A DNA stretch of 64,000 bases. Origin: Camelus ferus. Its lineage: Eukaryota. The DNA is taken from assembly GCF_009834535.1 (NCBI RefSeq), contig NC_045707.1, positions 47,804,001 through 47,868,000 on the forward strand, read 5' to 3'. Below the pieces are notes generated by a model that saw only the letters and a program-made list of their open reading frames with translations, was not told the origin of the DNA and did not search any database. The translations under genes and the position numbers were made by a program. This document shows positions 10,068 to 21,794 of the stretch, piece after piece (positions within the stretch are counted from its first letter, which is position 1; every line of letters begins with the position of its first letter).

Positions 10068-13000
10068 CACCACTTTGAATTTAAATTAATTGAGACCTCT
10101 GTTAATATAATTGAGTGTACCTTTCCATCCCTGCCATCTGCAAAGAAAAAGACATTCAAAAAGTTTTCCTCTTACTAGAGCCTATCCTGGAGTTGTAAGG
10201 TAGGATAAAATGTAAGATATGGAAAGTTTCACTTTCTCCAGGGGAAGATGCAATAGCCAATCAATATATCTCTCTTATCTTAACCTAAGCTTTACTTAAA
10301 GCAAATAACAAATGTCCAAAAACATCTGGCTCTAATTTCCTGGATAAAATGCAGGAATGAATTAAATTCCCCCAATACATAAACTTCCCCCCACAAATTA
10401 ACACATAAAATAAGGCAACAATTCTTTCAAATAAGTACTTAGTATATAGAACAAGTGACCCTCAGAAGAACACAGAAATAGTACCCCAGGACACATCAAG
10501 GAATTAATTTAGCTTTCCCAAATCCCTCATTTTCAGCAATATAGTAAACGATGGATGAAGCATTCCTTTGGAAAGGTGATTGTTTTACATCATCCGTGCT
10601 ATTTTTTAAAAATAGTGATATCTATCAAATTGTGTGGCGTAAGGTCACATTCTTAAGACTCAAGTTCCTCATCTGAAAAAAAAAATTCACCTAGTTCCTA
10701 CGTGGCATACTTGTATTAAAGATACCATATATAAGCACAGTTGCTGGCATGGTGGGTGCCCCTAGCAAATGACAGCTGACCATTCTTCTAATTAAGAGAC
10801 CATGAGAAGCAATGGCCTGGGTCACTGGCTTGTCGATGCTTGCAGTTCTGTTGCAGAGGCCTAGTGGGCTTTCTCCTTGGGTAAACTGTCTTGTATTGAG
10901 TATCGTTGGTGCTTTAGTCAAATTCCCCGTGAGTCGATCCCATGCTGAACTTGTCACATGCTGACTTCCATTAATTTTAAGAAATATTGTTTATATGGAT
11001 TTTGGAGATCATGAAAATCATCTATTCAAAGTGGTTTTACTCCTGGTCCTTCTGGGATTTATAAGGACTTTAGTCATTCCCGAACATCACAAAGTGGTCT
11101 GATAGTGATCTTAGAGAGATCTTTGGCTCAGGGAAGGCTACCAGGGTCCGGGAGATGGTTGGAAAGATGGGCCCATTAGAGAAGTCTGTGTTTGTTGTCC
11201 CTGGAGGTGAATGCTTTTGCTGATAAGTTTCCAAGGACCTTGGGGCAATGAGTCATTACCGACTAAACCCAATTCACTTAAGAGATAGGACCTGAATTTA
11301 AAATCCAGATATTTGAGGAAGGCCATCTCATGCTCCTTCAGGTCACACACAGCAGCAGCAACAAAAGGTGATGATAATATAGGGAGGTAGAGAAAGAAAC
11401 ATAGAAAACAATATTCCTTAATTTGGGTTTTCATTTATAGAAATGAGGAGGAAAAAAAAAAAAGATGGAAACACTTAAAATTTTAAATTCTTCCTCCAAC
11501 TCTTGTATCTGCCTCTTTGAGATTATAAAAATCAGCAGATTCCACTGGGGGAATAAATGTTTTGAAGTAATCCATTGATCATTTCCTCTGACCTGATATG
11601 TTTAAGCAGACAAAATCAATACTTCTTAGAGTGGCAATGGCTTTGTTAAAAACTGTAACCCAACTGGGTCACATGAACCATCAGAGGATAAAAGAATCCT
11701 GTAGATAAAGTACTTCTTTATTCCTTACCCTATCTGTGAATATCTTTGATTAAAAATCATATGTATATGGGTATACTGATTATATTAAGTTACCAAATTT
11801 ATGGAGGTCAGGGCACAAAAGAATTCTTTTTTTTTTTTTTTTTGCATTTTCCAGTGCATTTACTTGCCAACCAAGCTGCCTTAAGTGACACACACAAAAA
11901 CAAAGAAATGTTAGTTTTAAACCAAGCGGAAGAGATTGAAAATATAACTCTGTTAAACATCAAAAGTCTTGTCCATTTTTAGAAGAACTTGCTTAACTTC
12001 AGCATATTTAGGAAAAAGTGCCCCTGCTTAACACATTTAAATTACATCAGCTCACAGTTTTATTCCTTGCCGTTCAATAAGTACAGTATTCAACTGGAGA
12101 ACTTGAAATAAACACAAACAAAGGCTTTTAAAAATGTTTAATCCCTTCAGAGAAAACATTAAGGGACAATCACTTCTTCATTTTGATTGTCACCTGGATT
12201 CAAAACTGTGCAACCAGAGACGGTTTCAGATGGACAGATGGCCCTGGCAGTTAAGAGGGATGGGGGTGGGAAAAGGGATTAAATGAACACTCTGTTTTCT
12301 GTATAAGCAAATAAAAGGGAAGAGGAAACAAAAGAAATGAGCCAGCCACCGTTGAATCAGAGAGTTCCTGTAGACATACCTTGACTTTCCTGTAAGGGAT
12401 CTACTGCCCCGTGAGCCAGTTCAGCATGGATGCACAGATATTCCTGCCACTGAACCTAAGAATGCTTTCTTCTCAGAGATTAACGTTGACTGTTTGCTTG
12501 GTGCACACACAGGTTGCCGAAACTTGGCAATGCTGTGTGCGAGATAACCAGTAATGGAATGCTGACCCAGTGCAGGGACTTGAATCACGCTTATTTTATT
12601 GGGGTGAATTGCACATCTTGGGCAGTGTTTGGTCAAGTGAACATGCAAAGACCTTGCTGCTTCCCCGCCGTGCTGTGGGGAGCTGAGCCTGTGGGCTAAG
12701 ATGACATCGATGTTGGTAGTGGGGAAAAATCCATTTGAATGCTGGCTGCTGAATGGTGCTGGGCATCGTCAGCTTTTGTTTACTTCATCTTCCATATGAA
12801 GATCACAGCTGTTTCTTTCAGTAAAAAAAGGAGTAGAAGAATGTAGCAACCTACCTCGCATTTTCCCCTCCTCTGAATATTTGTGGAGCCCAACAGCTGT
12901 CTTTGCTAATCCTGCCACTCAGGATTGGAATGGCTGTCCATAATCAAGAATGGAGTGGTGAAGCTGAGATTGTTGGCTGGCTTCGGGTGGCAGGTGGGAA

Positions 13001-13422
13001 TGAACTGTTCCCTTAATGGGCTCACATGGTCGGCTCCTGTGGGGATTGACTCAAAAAAGAAAAAAAAAGCATTTAAAGGAGGCGATGAAGGAAAGTTGAA
13101 TACACACGCCTTATATTTCATACTTACAGATCTGAATGGCTGTGAAACATGAGTTCACTGGTTGTTAGAGCTGGAAGGGATTTGAAAGGTCCTCTTGTCT
13201 AGGAGTTTTCAAATTATTTTTAGCAGCAGACTTTTTTTTTTTTTTTTTTTTTTTTACTCCAAACACATCTTAGACCAGGAGTATCATGTCATAAATGAAA
13301 ATACCTATATAGGACAAGCAGGAACATCAATGGGAAATGTGGCGTACTGTAAGAAAAGCAACCCCAATGACGAATGAACTCAGTGCTTGGAACACTGTAG
13401 GAGTGGTGGGGACTGTGGCAAA

Positions 13423-13520
13423 CTGGATGCCTAGACGGAGCAACGGCTATTCCTTTCTGGCACATTGTCACCTGGATGCCTAGACGGAGCAACGGCTATT
13501 CCTTTCTGGTATATTGTCAC
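13423..13520. repeat. 49-bp tandem duplication (2 copies)
   Basis: CTGGATGCCTAGACGGAGCAACGGCTATTCCTTTCTGG(C/T)A(C/T)ATTGTCAC at 13423-13471 and 13472-13520, 2 mismatches. Confidence 0.97.
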
Positions 13521-13539
13521 CTTTGCCAGGTGGGAGTTC

Positions 13540-13945
13540 CTTCATCCATTCATTCATCTAACAAATATTTATTAAGTGATTACTATATACCAGGTATGGT
13601 TTTAGGCACACATAAAACAGAAAAGAGCCTTACTCTCATAGTGCTTATATTCTAGGGAGGGAGTCAGGCAACAAAAAAGGGAATGCAAAAAGTTTATATA
13701 TTTGTAACTAGTGGTAAATACCAGGAAGAAAAATGTAGCAGGGTAAGAGATAGGGAGTAATTGGGAAAGGAGGTATTAGAGAGAACTGCCTGGGAGGGAC
13801 TTTTAAAGGAGTACATGATAGCAGAGAATTAAATGATGGGAAGGAGTGAGCAGAACTGGAGATGGAGTGGGAGTGGGGGGTGAAGTTGGAGTGATGAATA
13901 TTCTAGGGAGTGGAAAAGAGAGTGTGAACATCCTGAGGCAGGCTT
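13540..13945 (-). mobile_element. L2 LINE 3' fragment
   Basis: 'cattcattcatctaacaaatatttattaagtgattactatataccagg' is the reverse complement of the L2 3' terminus, followed by typical L2 sequence. Confidence 0.75.
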
Positions 13946-16510
13946 TGCTCTTCCCCACCACCCCTACTAACTGAGCACAATTTGAAATTCTATCCCAGTT
14001 CAATCTCTTCTGTTTACCCTAGATGATAGACCAGAGAGAAGATGCTTGTCTAAGGTCACACAGGGATGTGCTGAGACTGGAACCCAGGTCTTGCAACTCC
14101 CACCCAGTCCAGTGTCCTTTTGCTTAAAAAGTCTGTGCCCTCAACATTTTCTTCCATGCCCCAAGAGTAGGGTAGTCTTAATAGAATCTATATGTCCAAG
14201 GCTGGAATGACTAATGAACAGCAACACATATAATAGCAGTTTCCAATTAGAATTCAAGGAAAACATTTAAATTTTCATAGAGTTCTGTCCCAATTCGCCT
14301 AGCCAATTTCTACCCCAGAGTATAATTTTATGTTGTTTACAGCCTTAACATCCTTTCTGTGCTTTTTGTAAATATGATTACAGTTTAAGTCATTTACTCT
14401 TATCCAATAGAATAAATCCCATAGCAACAGAGGAGTCTGGAATATAGAAAAAAAAATCCAAGTTACTTATTATAGAACAAAAAAAATCAACTAAGTCTGA
14501 CCAATTTCAAGAAGTATACTGATTTTCTTAATATGCAAATGATCCAGTTATCACATATTCTTAGTTCATTTTCCACTCAAATGTTAAGTCAGTCACGAGA
14601 TGAAATAACAGTCTTTGATTATCTCTGGGTTCAAAGAACAGACTACAACAGATTGCTTCTGCTCAGTCCACCAAATTCTTGTTTTCCAATCACCCTGACA
14701 CCAACTTCAGGTGGAGAAAGGATATTTATATATCAGAATGGATAAAATTTGATGCCTATGGTAGACCCCTCTTCCTCACCTTTTCCTTGTCCACATGGGC
14801 TGTAGCCAGAACCAAGGGTAGCTTTTGCCTGTTTTTTTGAAGGAACTTGATTTACAGACTGGGTCCAAGACAAAAACGCATATTCATCTTCTGGAATAGG
14901 TGCAAAATACCCCCTAACATTAACAGCCTCCAACTCCTCTCTTCTCATTTCTTAAATACAAATAAAATTTGTCTTTCATTCATACTGTAGCCTTTTTTTT
15001 TTTTTAAACACATAAGGGTTGAAGAGTCACAGAATTTTACTCAAAAGAATCTTTTTCTGTGTTTAGTTTTTCTCTTTAGTCAGTGGATATGAAAGGTAGA
15101 ATTATGCTCCACTCATTGAAATCTTTTGAAATGTCATTAAACTTTCCTGAATCTTCTAGATAACACCAAAGGAAATCAATAGAGATCTTCCCAGGTGAAA
15201 GGAGTTTGACTAGCTAGTGTATCATCTATTTTGTTTAACCAATTAGAAAGTAGCCAGTTGGTAAATATTTGCTATAATTCATTCTTGGATATTTATAGAT
15301 GCTTCAGTGGCAGATTTTATTGATAAATACCAATAAAAATGGCAATACCCAAGGAGGAAAAACAAACTATAAAATTATAATTTAGGTTTTTCTTTTATTA
15401 AAATTATAGTGGAAAATTACCTTGAGATAAGCATGGACTATGGGCTGGACATGTATCAGAAATATGTTTGCTTTTTGTATTTGTGCTTTGGGCTGATTTC
15501 AATTTAATTAAATCTATGAAGTATTTTATTAAGTGTTTAATTTAGTGAGTATCTACAGTGGGGGAGGTAGGCAAATATGGGTACGATTTTCATGGTGGCC
15601 AGTAGTCTCCATAGAGATTGGAGTAACCTGTAAATTAATACAAGTATCATCAAATACTACAAAATTTGCACTATGAAAATTGTAAAGGCTAAAATTACTG
15701 GAAAATGAAGAATTGGGTCTGCAATCATAGGTAGGATTTGGATCTGTGGAGAGATATGAAATCTGGTAGACAGACAAACAATGGCAGAGACATGAACATG
15801 CCCTATATATGAAGGACTGTGGGGGAGGATGCATGATGAACATTAATAAGGGATGACCATATTATGGGGAAACTTGAGTCTCACGAAGAGAATCTTGCTT
15901 TGTTTTGAGAGGCATTAGAGAAACTTTGTTGGAGGCTTTGAGTAGATTACACTCACTGATATGCAGAAAACATTGGAGAGAAGTAGGATCAAAATTTTAA
16001 AAATCACTTGGAAATTTATGACAACATTCTTGCATAAGTGGCCCAAAAACAGTGATCACAAAAAGAAAAAAAAAAAAGATCTAAAGACAAAGAAGCATGT
16101 AGAGTGATGCTTGACTCCATCATACATTTATTCACAGGTATGATTTAGAGACTTCCCTGTGCTATAGATATAAATACTGCACCTGCTCTCTTGGGGCACA
16201 AACTCTGGGAGACCATAACCAGGACTGAGTTTGAGACCTATCTGTGGATTTTTTTAGCAAAGCATTATGTTAAACAACTCTTGCAGAAAGTAGAACAGAG
16301 TCCAGAAAAATAAATAAAAGCACATTGTAAGTGTTTAGGCTTCCCTTTTATCCTTAGAGAGCCTGGTCAGCATATAGGAAACCACCAAGGAGTAAGATGT
16401 ACTCAGTGAGCTTGCAACTCCATCAGCCTCAACACTGGGTTGAAGGTTATTCTCTGATGCCCCAAATCTCCATTCCAAAATCCCAGCCATCATTTTGGTA
16501 TTAAAACTGG

Positions 16511-16625
16511 GGGTGGGGATATAGCTCAGTGGTAACAGCGTATGCTTAGCATGCATGAAGTCCTGGGTTCAATCCCCAGTACTTCCATTTAAGACTTCCA
16601 TTCAAAAAAAAAAACAACAAAAAAA
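16511..16625 (+). mobile_element. tRNA-Ala-derived SINE (camelid vic-1-like)
   Basis: Pol III A-box TAGCTCAGTGG (16522-16532), AGC anticodon-like loop, B-box GGTTCAATCC (16566-16575), A-rich tail, TSD AAAACTGG (16503-16510 and 16626-16633) at a TT/AAAA L1-endonuclease site. Confidence 0.88.
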
Positions 16626-16639
16626 AAAACTGGTGAGAA

Positions 16640-16850
16640 AAGCTCTGGAGCAGTAGTCATAAGTCTCCTGATTTGAGTCCTACCCCTGCTACTTGCTTTA
16701 ATAGTATGATCTTGGGAAGTTAATTATACTTTCTGAGTTTCATTCAAGTTCTTCATTTATAAAATGAGACTAATACTACCTGCCTGAAAAACTCAGAGGA
16801 TTGTCAGGAAGATCAAAGGAGAAAACGTGTATCAGTGCCACTAGGGCATA
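16640..16850 (+). mobile_element. MIR SINE
   Basis: Core 'tgatcttgggaagttaattatactttctgagtttcattcaagttcttcatttataaaatgagactaatactacc'. Confidence 0.7.
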
Positions 16851-18019
16851 ATGACATGGCGGGAGAGTGGAAGAGAAAGAACTCTACTGGGTAACCATTT
16901 GCCTTGTCCTAGTTATCAGGGTGTGACTTTTTAAATGATACATAAGAATCATTCTCCTGCTAGGAATTTCAAGCCTTGGTCTAAAAAGTAATTTCATACT
17001 ATAAAGAAGCAACTCTGGTCTAGTTAAATGTTAGTTAAATGTTTTTGTTGGGGAATAATACCTTTTTTACCTCCAAATAAAAACTTACAAGGAACTTCAG
17101 TATATAAAACAAAAATAAAAAACAGTGAGTCATTTTTGGTATAAAGATTTTTAAAATAATTTGTAATATGTACTTATTATAAAATCAGTCATGGAGAATA
17201 ATAAAGTTTTTCTAATTAACACAAAATTTAAAATGATAATATTATACCCATGTCAACCTCTAATTTTGTATTTTTTTACTTTGGTTGCACAATGTCAAAA
17301 CAATTCTAATTCACACAGATAAGCAGTTAAGAATGATAATATTTGTATTTATCAGCTTACCTTGAATTCTCTGAGGAATCTTTAAATAAATAGAAAAAAC
17401 AGGAAGAGCTTTGCTCTAATGTCTAAGCACAAAAAAGTTAACTGACAGCACAAGTTAACACATAAAAGAAGAAAAAATAAGTTAAATTTGGTATGCATTG
17501 CATGTTTCTTTTTATTAAAGTGTTTTTAACTGTGAAAAACAGCATTGTTAAATATTTGTGAAAACTTTGAAAGAACTCTCTGGAACCTTTAGTATCTACA
17601 GAATTGTTTGTAGCTGGCCACATGCCAACAGCACAGGTTACTGTTTTGAACGCTATTGTGGTTTACTTCTTAATCCTTCTGACCAGTGTCTGAGGCAGGT
17701 GAGGACCCTGAGATACACGAAGTTCGACTAATTTTCCATAAAGCCCACAGTTGATAGATTCAAACCCAGGTTGTTTAACTGTGTGGTCTCAAGTCCTTGA
17801 GGAGGAGAACGGATTCACAGTCTTACTACATAACTTAATAGCTAGGTAATTTCAGTTTTTACATCTACCAAATACAGATCAGTTGTGACATTCAGTTATG
17901 ACACTATCTGAAAACCTTGGCATTTAGTAGGTGTTTAGTAGATGTTTTCTGACTCTGAATTTACCGTATGACTGACTTCCCTTCACAAAGCCATCCACAT
18001 AGTGTAAGATCACTTAATA

Positions 18020-18205
18020 CAAGGGTTGGCCAACTACAACCACAGGCCAAATCTGGCCCACAGCCTGTATTTATAAATAAAGTTTTATTAAACAGTCCTA
18101 CTCATATTCATTTATGTACAGTCCATGTAGTTGTGACAGAGACTGTATGACTCACAATGTGTAAAATATTCATTCATCATCTGGCCCTTTATAGGGAAAG
18201 CCTGA
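18020..18205. mobile_element. hAT-Charlie MITE, MER58A-like
   Basis: 'caagggttggccaactac...ggccaaatctggcccacagcctgtatttataaataaagttttatt...atctggccctttata'. Confidence 0.75.
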
Positions 18206-18602
18206 GATCTGATACAGTGACTGCATTTTCTGTCAACTTCCCATAACACAGAACCAGCTAAGGCAGCAATTGAGGTGTGTGTAGTTGAAGGAGAAGGGGA
18301 GGATGAGGCCTCATGAATGAGCTTGTGTGAAATCAGAATTGATCAGGTTGTTTTGGCCACAGTAGGTGTTTTCCTTGCCACCCTGACCCATTTTGGTTTG
18401 CATTAAATTTTTTTAGCATGTCTCGTACATCATAAAACATGGCCATGTTTATTAAGGAGTGATTTTTTTAAAGTTGGAATTAAAAAGCTCAAGCTATTGT
18501 TGGCTCAGAAATGATTTAATACTTTAATAATTTTTCCAAAACTGAAAAATGGATTTTTTAAAGAAAGTTTGGCTCTTCTCCATCATGAATGAAAACCAAA
18601 CA

Positions 18603-18641
18603 AAAGAAATAGTATTAAATTGAAAGAAATAGTATTAAATT
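18603..18641. repeat. 20-bp-period tandem duplication
   Basis: AAAGAAATAGTATTAAATT at 18603-18621 and 18623-18641. Confidence 0.95.
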
Positions 18642-20924
18642 ACTTAAGTTAAATAAAGTAATTATTTTCTTTGAGTTTACATAGTAGTTTGTGTAATTTC
18701 TTTCCTGTAACAAGAAATAAATAGGTTGAGGAAGGTAGGGAAGTGATATAGGTACTACATTTCATCCTACCAAGTGGACAGGGCCCTTTTAGTCAAAAAT
18801 TCCATTTGTTAATATTTGTTAATAATATCACACTTATCATTTCAAGCCTTATCCTCCATTTTGACAAATATTAGAAAGTGAACTTTAACAGAATGGATTC
18901 TAAGTTATCATTTCCCTACTTTTAACCTTTGTGAATTGTTTCTGTGGGTGACGTTTCCCTTACCTATAAAAATATGTTTGCATTTAGAATATAGGATATC
19001 ATATTAGACTATAAGTCATAAGGCAACAGCTGAACATTTGAGTAGAAATTCCTGTAATTCTTTCATTTAGTATGTACCAGGCACAGTACTAGTCACTGAT
19101 TATACATGACGTGGTAGCAGCCCTGATGGAGCTGGAGAAGACAGATAAGAAGTAACATTAAAAATTTTTTTTGTAAGTTTTTATAAGCACTATAAGGAAA
19201 ATGAACAAGGTGAAGTGACAGAGGAAAAAAAATGATGGGAACAATTTTAAATGGATGCTGGTGGTTGTGGAGGGTGGGCAGGAAGAATTACCTGGATGTT
19301 CAAAAGCCCTGAGGCACACAATGAATGACCTTGGGCTGTTCAGTGCACTGAAAAGATGACAGTGTGGTTGGAGAAAGTGGAAGGAGGTGAGGTTAGAAAA
19401 TGGACAAAAGGCCTTCAGGGCCAGGTCAAAAGGGAAGAATAAGTTAAGGTTTTATTTTTTTTAAAAATGAAAACATGCAGGTCCATTTACTAAAAGAGAG
19501 ACCAGTACAAGGAAGCTTATCTGGATGAATTTTTGATGTCTCTTTTAAGCAACATCATTTCTCATCTATTTATCTTTGAAATCTCCAGCTAAGGGAGAGG
19601 TAGTGATTGTGTAATATGACACACCTTTTTGTGGATAATTAAATTATGCCACTGGGGTAAAAGCATTTAGAGAGAAGAGGTAATTTTATTCTTTTCAGCC
19701 TGGAATTTTTAGTAGATAAAGTTAAAACATTTCAAGCTGTCTCCACTACATTGCCATCTCTGCAGAGAATCAAATTACTCTCCATTCTCCCTTTTACAAA
19801 AGATTCATGTCTTAATTTATCACATGAAATAAAAACATTTATGTAAACCCTGCAAACTACATCCCTGAGAAACTACAAAAATCAAAAGAAAGTAATTAAA
19901 GCAGGAATAAGTATATATGTTGTATTTTTAACTTTCTAACAAGCCACCCAAATTGGTAATTTATGATACTACAAGAGTGAACTTGATGGGGAATTACAAC
20001 TTCTGAGATATTAGTGTTTAGTAGATGGTAATTTATGACATTACTTAGTACATATGGGAATATGATCTCAGTAGGTATCCCAGACCACATTGAAATTTAG
20101 GGGATTCTTAATGAACTGATAAAATAATAATGATGATAATTATTAGAATAAAAGCCAGTTCTTTTAAGCAGCTAGACAGAAAAGAGGTCAAGATTAATGA
20201 CCCCTAAGAGCCAGGAAGGGAACTTAGCACCTTCTGTATTGTGGGTTACAATGCTTTGAAGGGCTTGGTTGTGAAACACTAGATGTGGGATGTATCTCTT
20301 AATATCACTAACCATCAAATAGGATCAATACAGAAATGGGAAAGGTAGAGTTTCAAGTTCTATAGTTTCCACCTGCAATTTCACTGGTAAGTGAAAAGCC
20401 TGGGTTGATTACTTAGAAGATTAAATTGCTTTTACTGATAAACTGTTATGGGGAACAGATTATATGTCCTTTGTAAATGTGCTCTGCTGGGGGAACCTGT
20501 GTGATATCTTGGAAAAGAGTAGAATTAAGAGTCAGAAGACTTAATCTTGTTCACAGAGGATGAAATATGGCCTTGGACAAGTCACTTAATCTCGAGTTGT
20601 CAACTTCCTCATGAGTAAAATGAAAGCCAGAAAATATTGTCTCTCTTGCTTCTTCACTAGATTTTTGAGGAAAAACAAAACAAAACAGAACACTCCTTTA
20701 CCTGTGAAGCATTATACTTTTGCATAATCACTATATTTTGTTTTATAGTAGAAATCAGGAGGTTACTATGTGGTCACCATAGTGTGGTCAGCGTCTATGT
20801 CACACCAACTCACCCACTCGTATTTTGGGAATCCAAGGGACAGTCGCACCTTAGGAGATGCTGCATTGTGGGAGAGAGATTGTGGACAGACTATATCTTT
20901 TTGGTCTCTTACAAAGGCAACTCG

Positions 20925-21307
20925 GTTACTGAGATAGTGCCTCTCTGAGGAATCTACCCAATGTCCACTGAATTACGAGGTTTTTTCATTTTTACTTTTA
21001 GGATAACAAACCAATCCCAGCTGTGGGTGTGAGTTCCAAGGGTTTTTCCACCTACCCCTCTCTGGTGTGTCTTTCCCCAGCCGCAGGTAGTTGCCTTTTC
21101 TGAATGTGCAGATCAGAACTCAGCCAATGACTTGAGGGGACTCTTCTCTCTATCTCTACAGGTTTCTCTCCCCCTGTGTGTGACTTTCTTCTTTCTGTTA
21201 CTCACCCCTTTAAGACTAGCCTCTTTGCTACTCTAACTTCTGTCTATCTCCTCAACTCATCAAGACTGGTGGGTTACATTTGTGTTCCCCCACCCACCCT
21301 GCTTCCT
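20925..21307 (-). mobile_element. Ancient L1M (L1MC/L1MD-like) 5' region fragment, antisense
   Basis: 'ctctgaggaatctacccaatgtccactgaattacgagg', 'ctttccccagccgcaggtag...gatcagaactcagcc...cttgagggga' and 'tctcctcaactca' resemble antisense L1MC/MD 5' ends. Confidence 0.65.
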
Positions 21308-21794
21308 GTTCTTATTTCAGCTTTGGTTTCTCTTGCTATATTTATTATAAAGATATTAGTGTGGATTGAGTATATTAAGTCATGTGCAATGGGAAGTTAA
21401 TGGGGCATTTCCTCTTCTTTAAATGTCTCAGAAGAGGTCCAGTATAGTTGGTGCCAAGGAAACCCACATTCTAACACTAGATGGTAGCTTAAGGGACCCA
21501 ATAAGAGAAATGGTTCTACCCATGCAATCACACTGGCAACCTCCAACCTGTCAAAAGTGACTTTAAAGAAGCTGGCACTGAGGCTTCTTTGGAAGGTGTT
21601 ATCAATTTAGTAAGTGTCCCCATCCTCACCCTCCACCCCAGGTAGAAGTGTTGCTTCTTTAACACAAACCAAAAAAGAGGCATGTTAGTGGAACCACTCA
21701 GAAAGCTTACTACATGTCTTCTGGACTTTAGAAGACATGGAGACTGATGTCTGACTCATACTTGAAAACACAGGGGACTGTGGCCTAAACTACC
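21308..21794 (+). repeat. Left arm of 487-bp inverted repeat
   Basis: Reverse complement of 25726-26212 by manual alignment: 480/487 identical, no indels. Confidence 0.98.

Noticed and set aside
12380..12460. Minus-strand exon candidate ending AAG|GTATGT
   Set aside because: The acceptor is purine-rich and weak and the peptide is not recognised; insufficient support.
13423..13520. CRISPR-like repeat
   Set aside because: Only two abutting copies with no spacers, in mammalian DNA, with no cas genes.
16511..16590. tRNA-Ala(AGC) gene
   Set aside because: It has an A-rich tail and an 8-bp TSD at an L1-endonuclease site, with a degraded acceptor stem: a SINE, not a tRNA gene.
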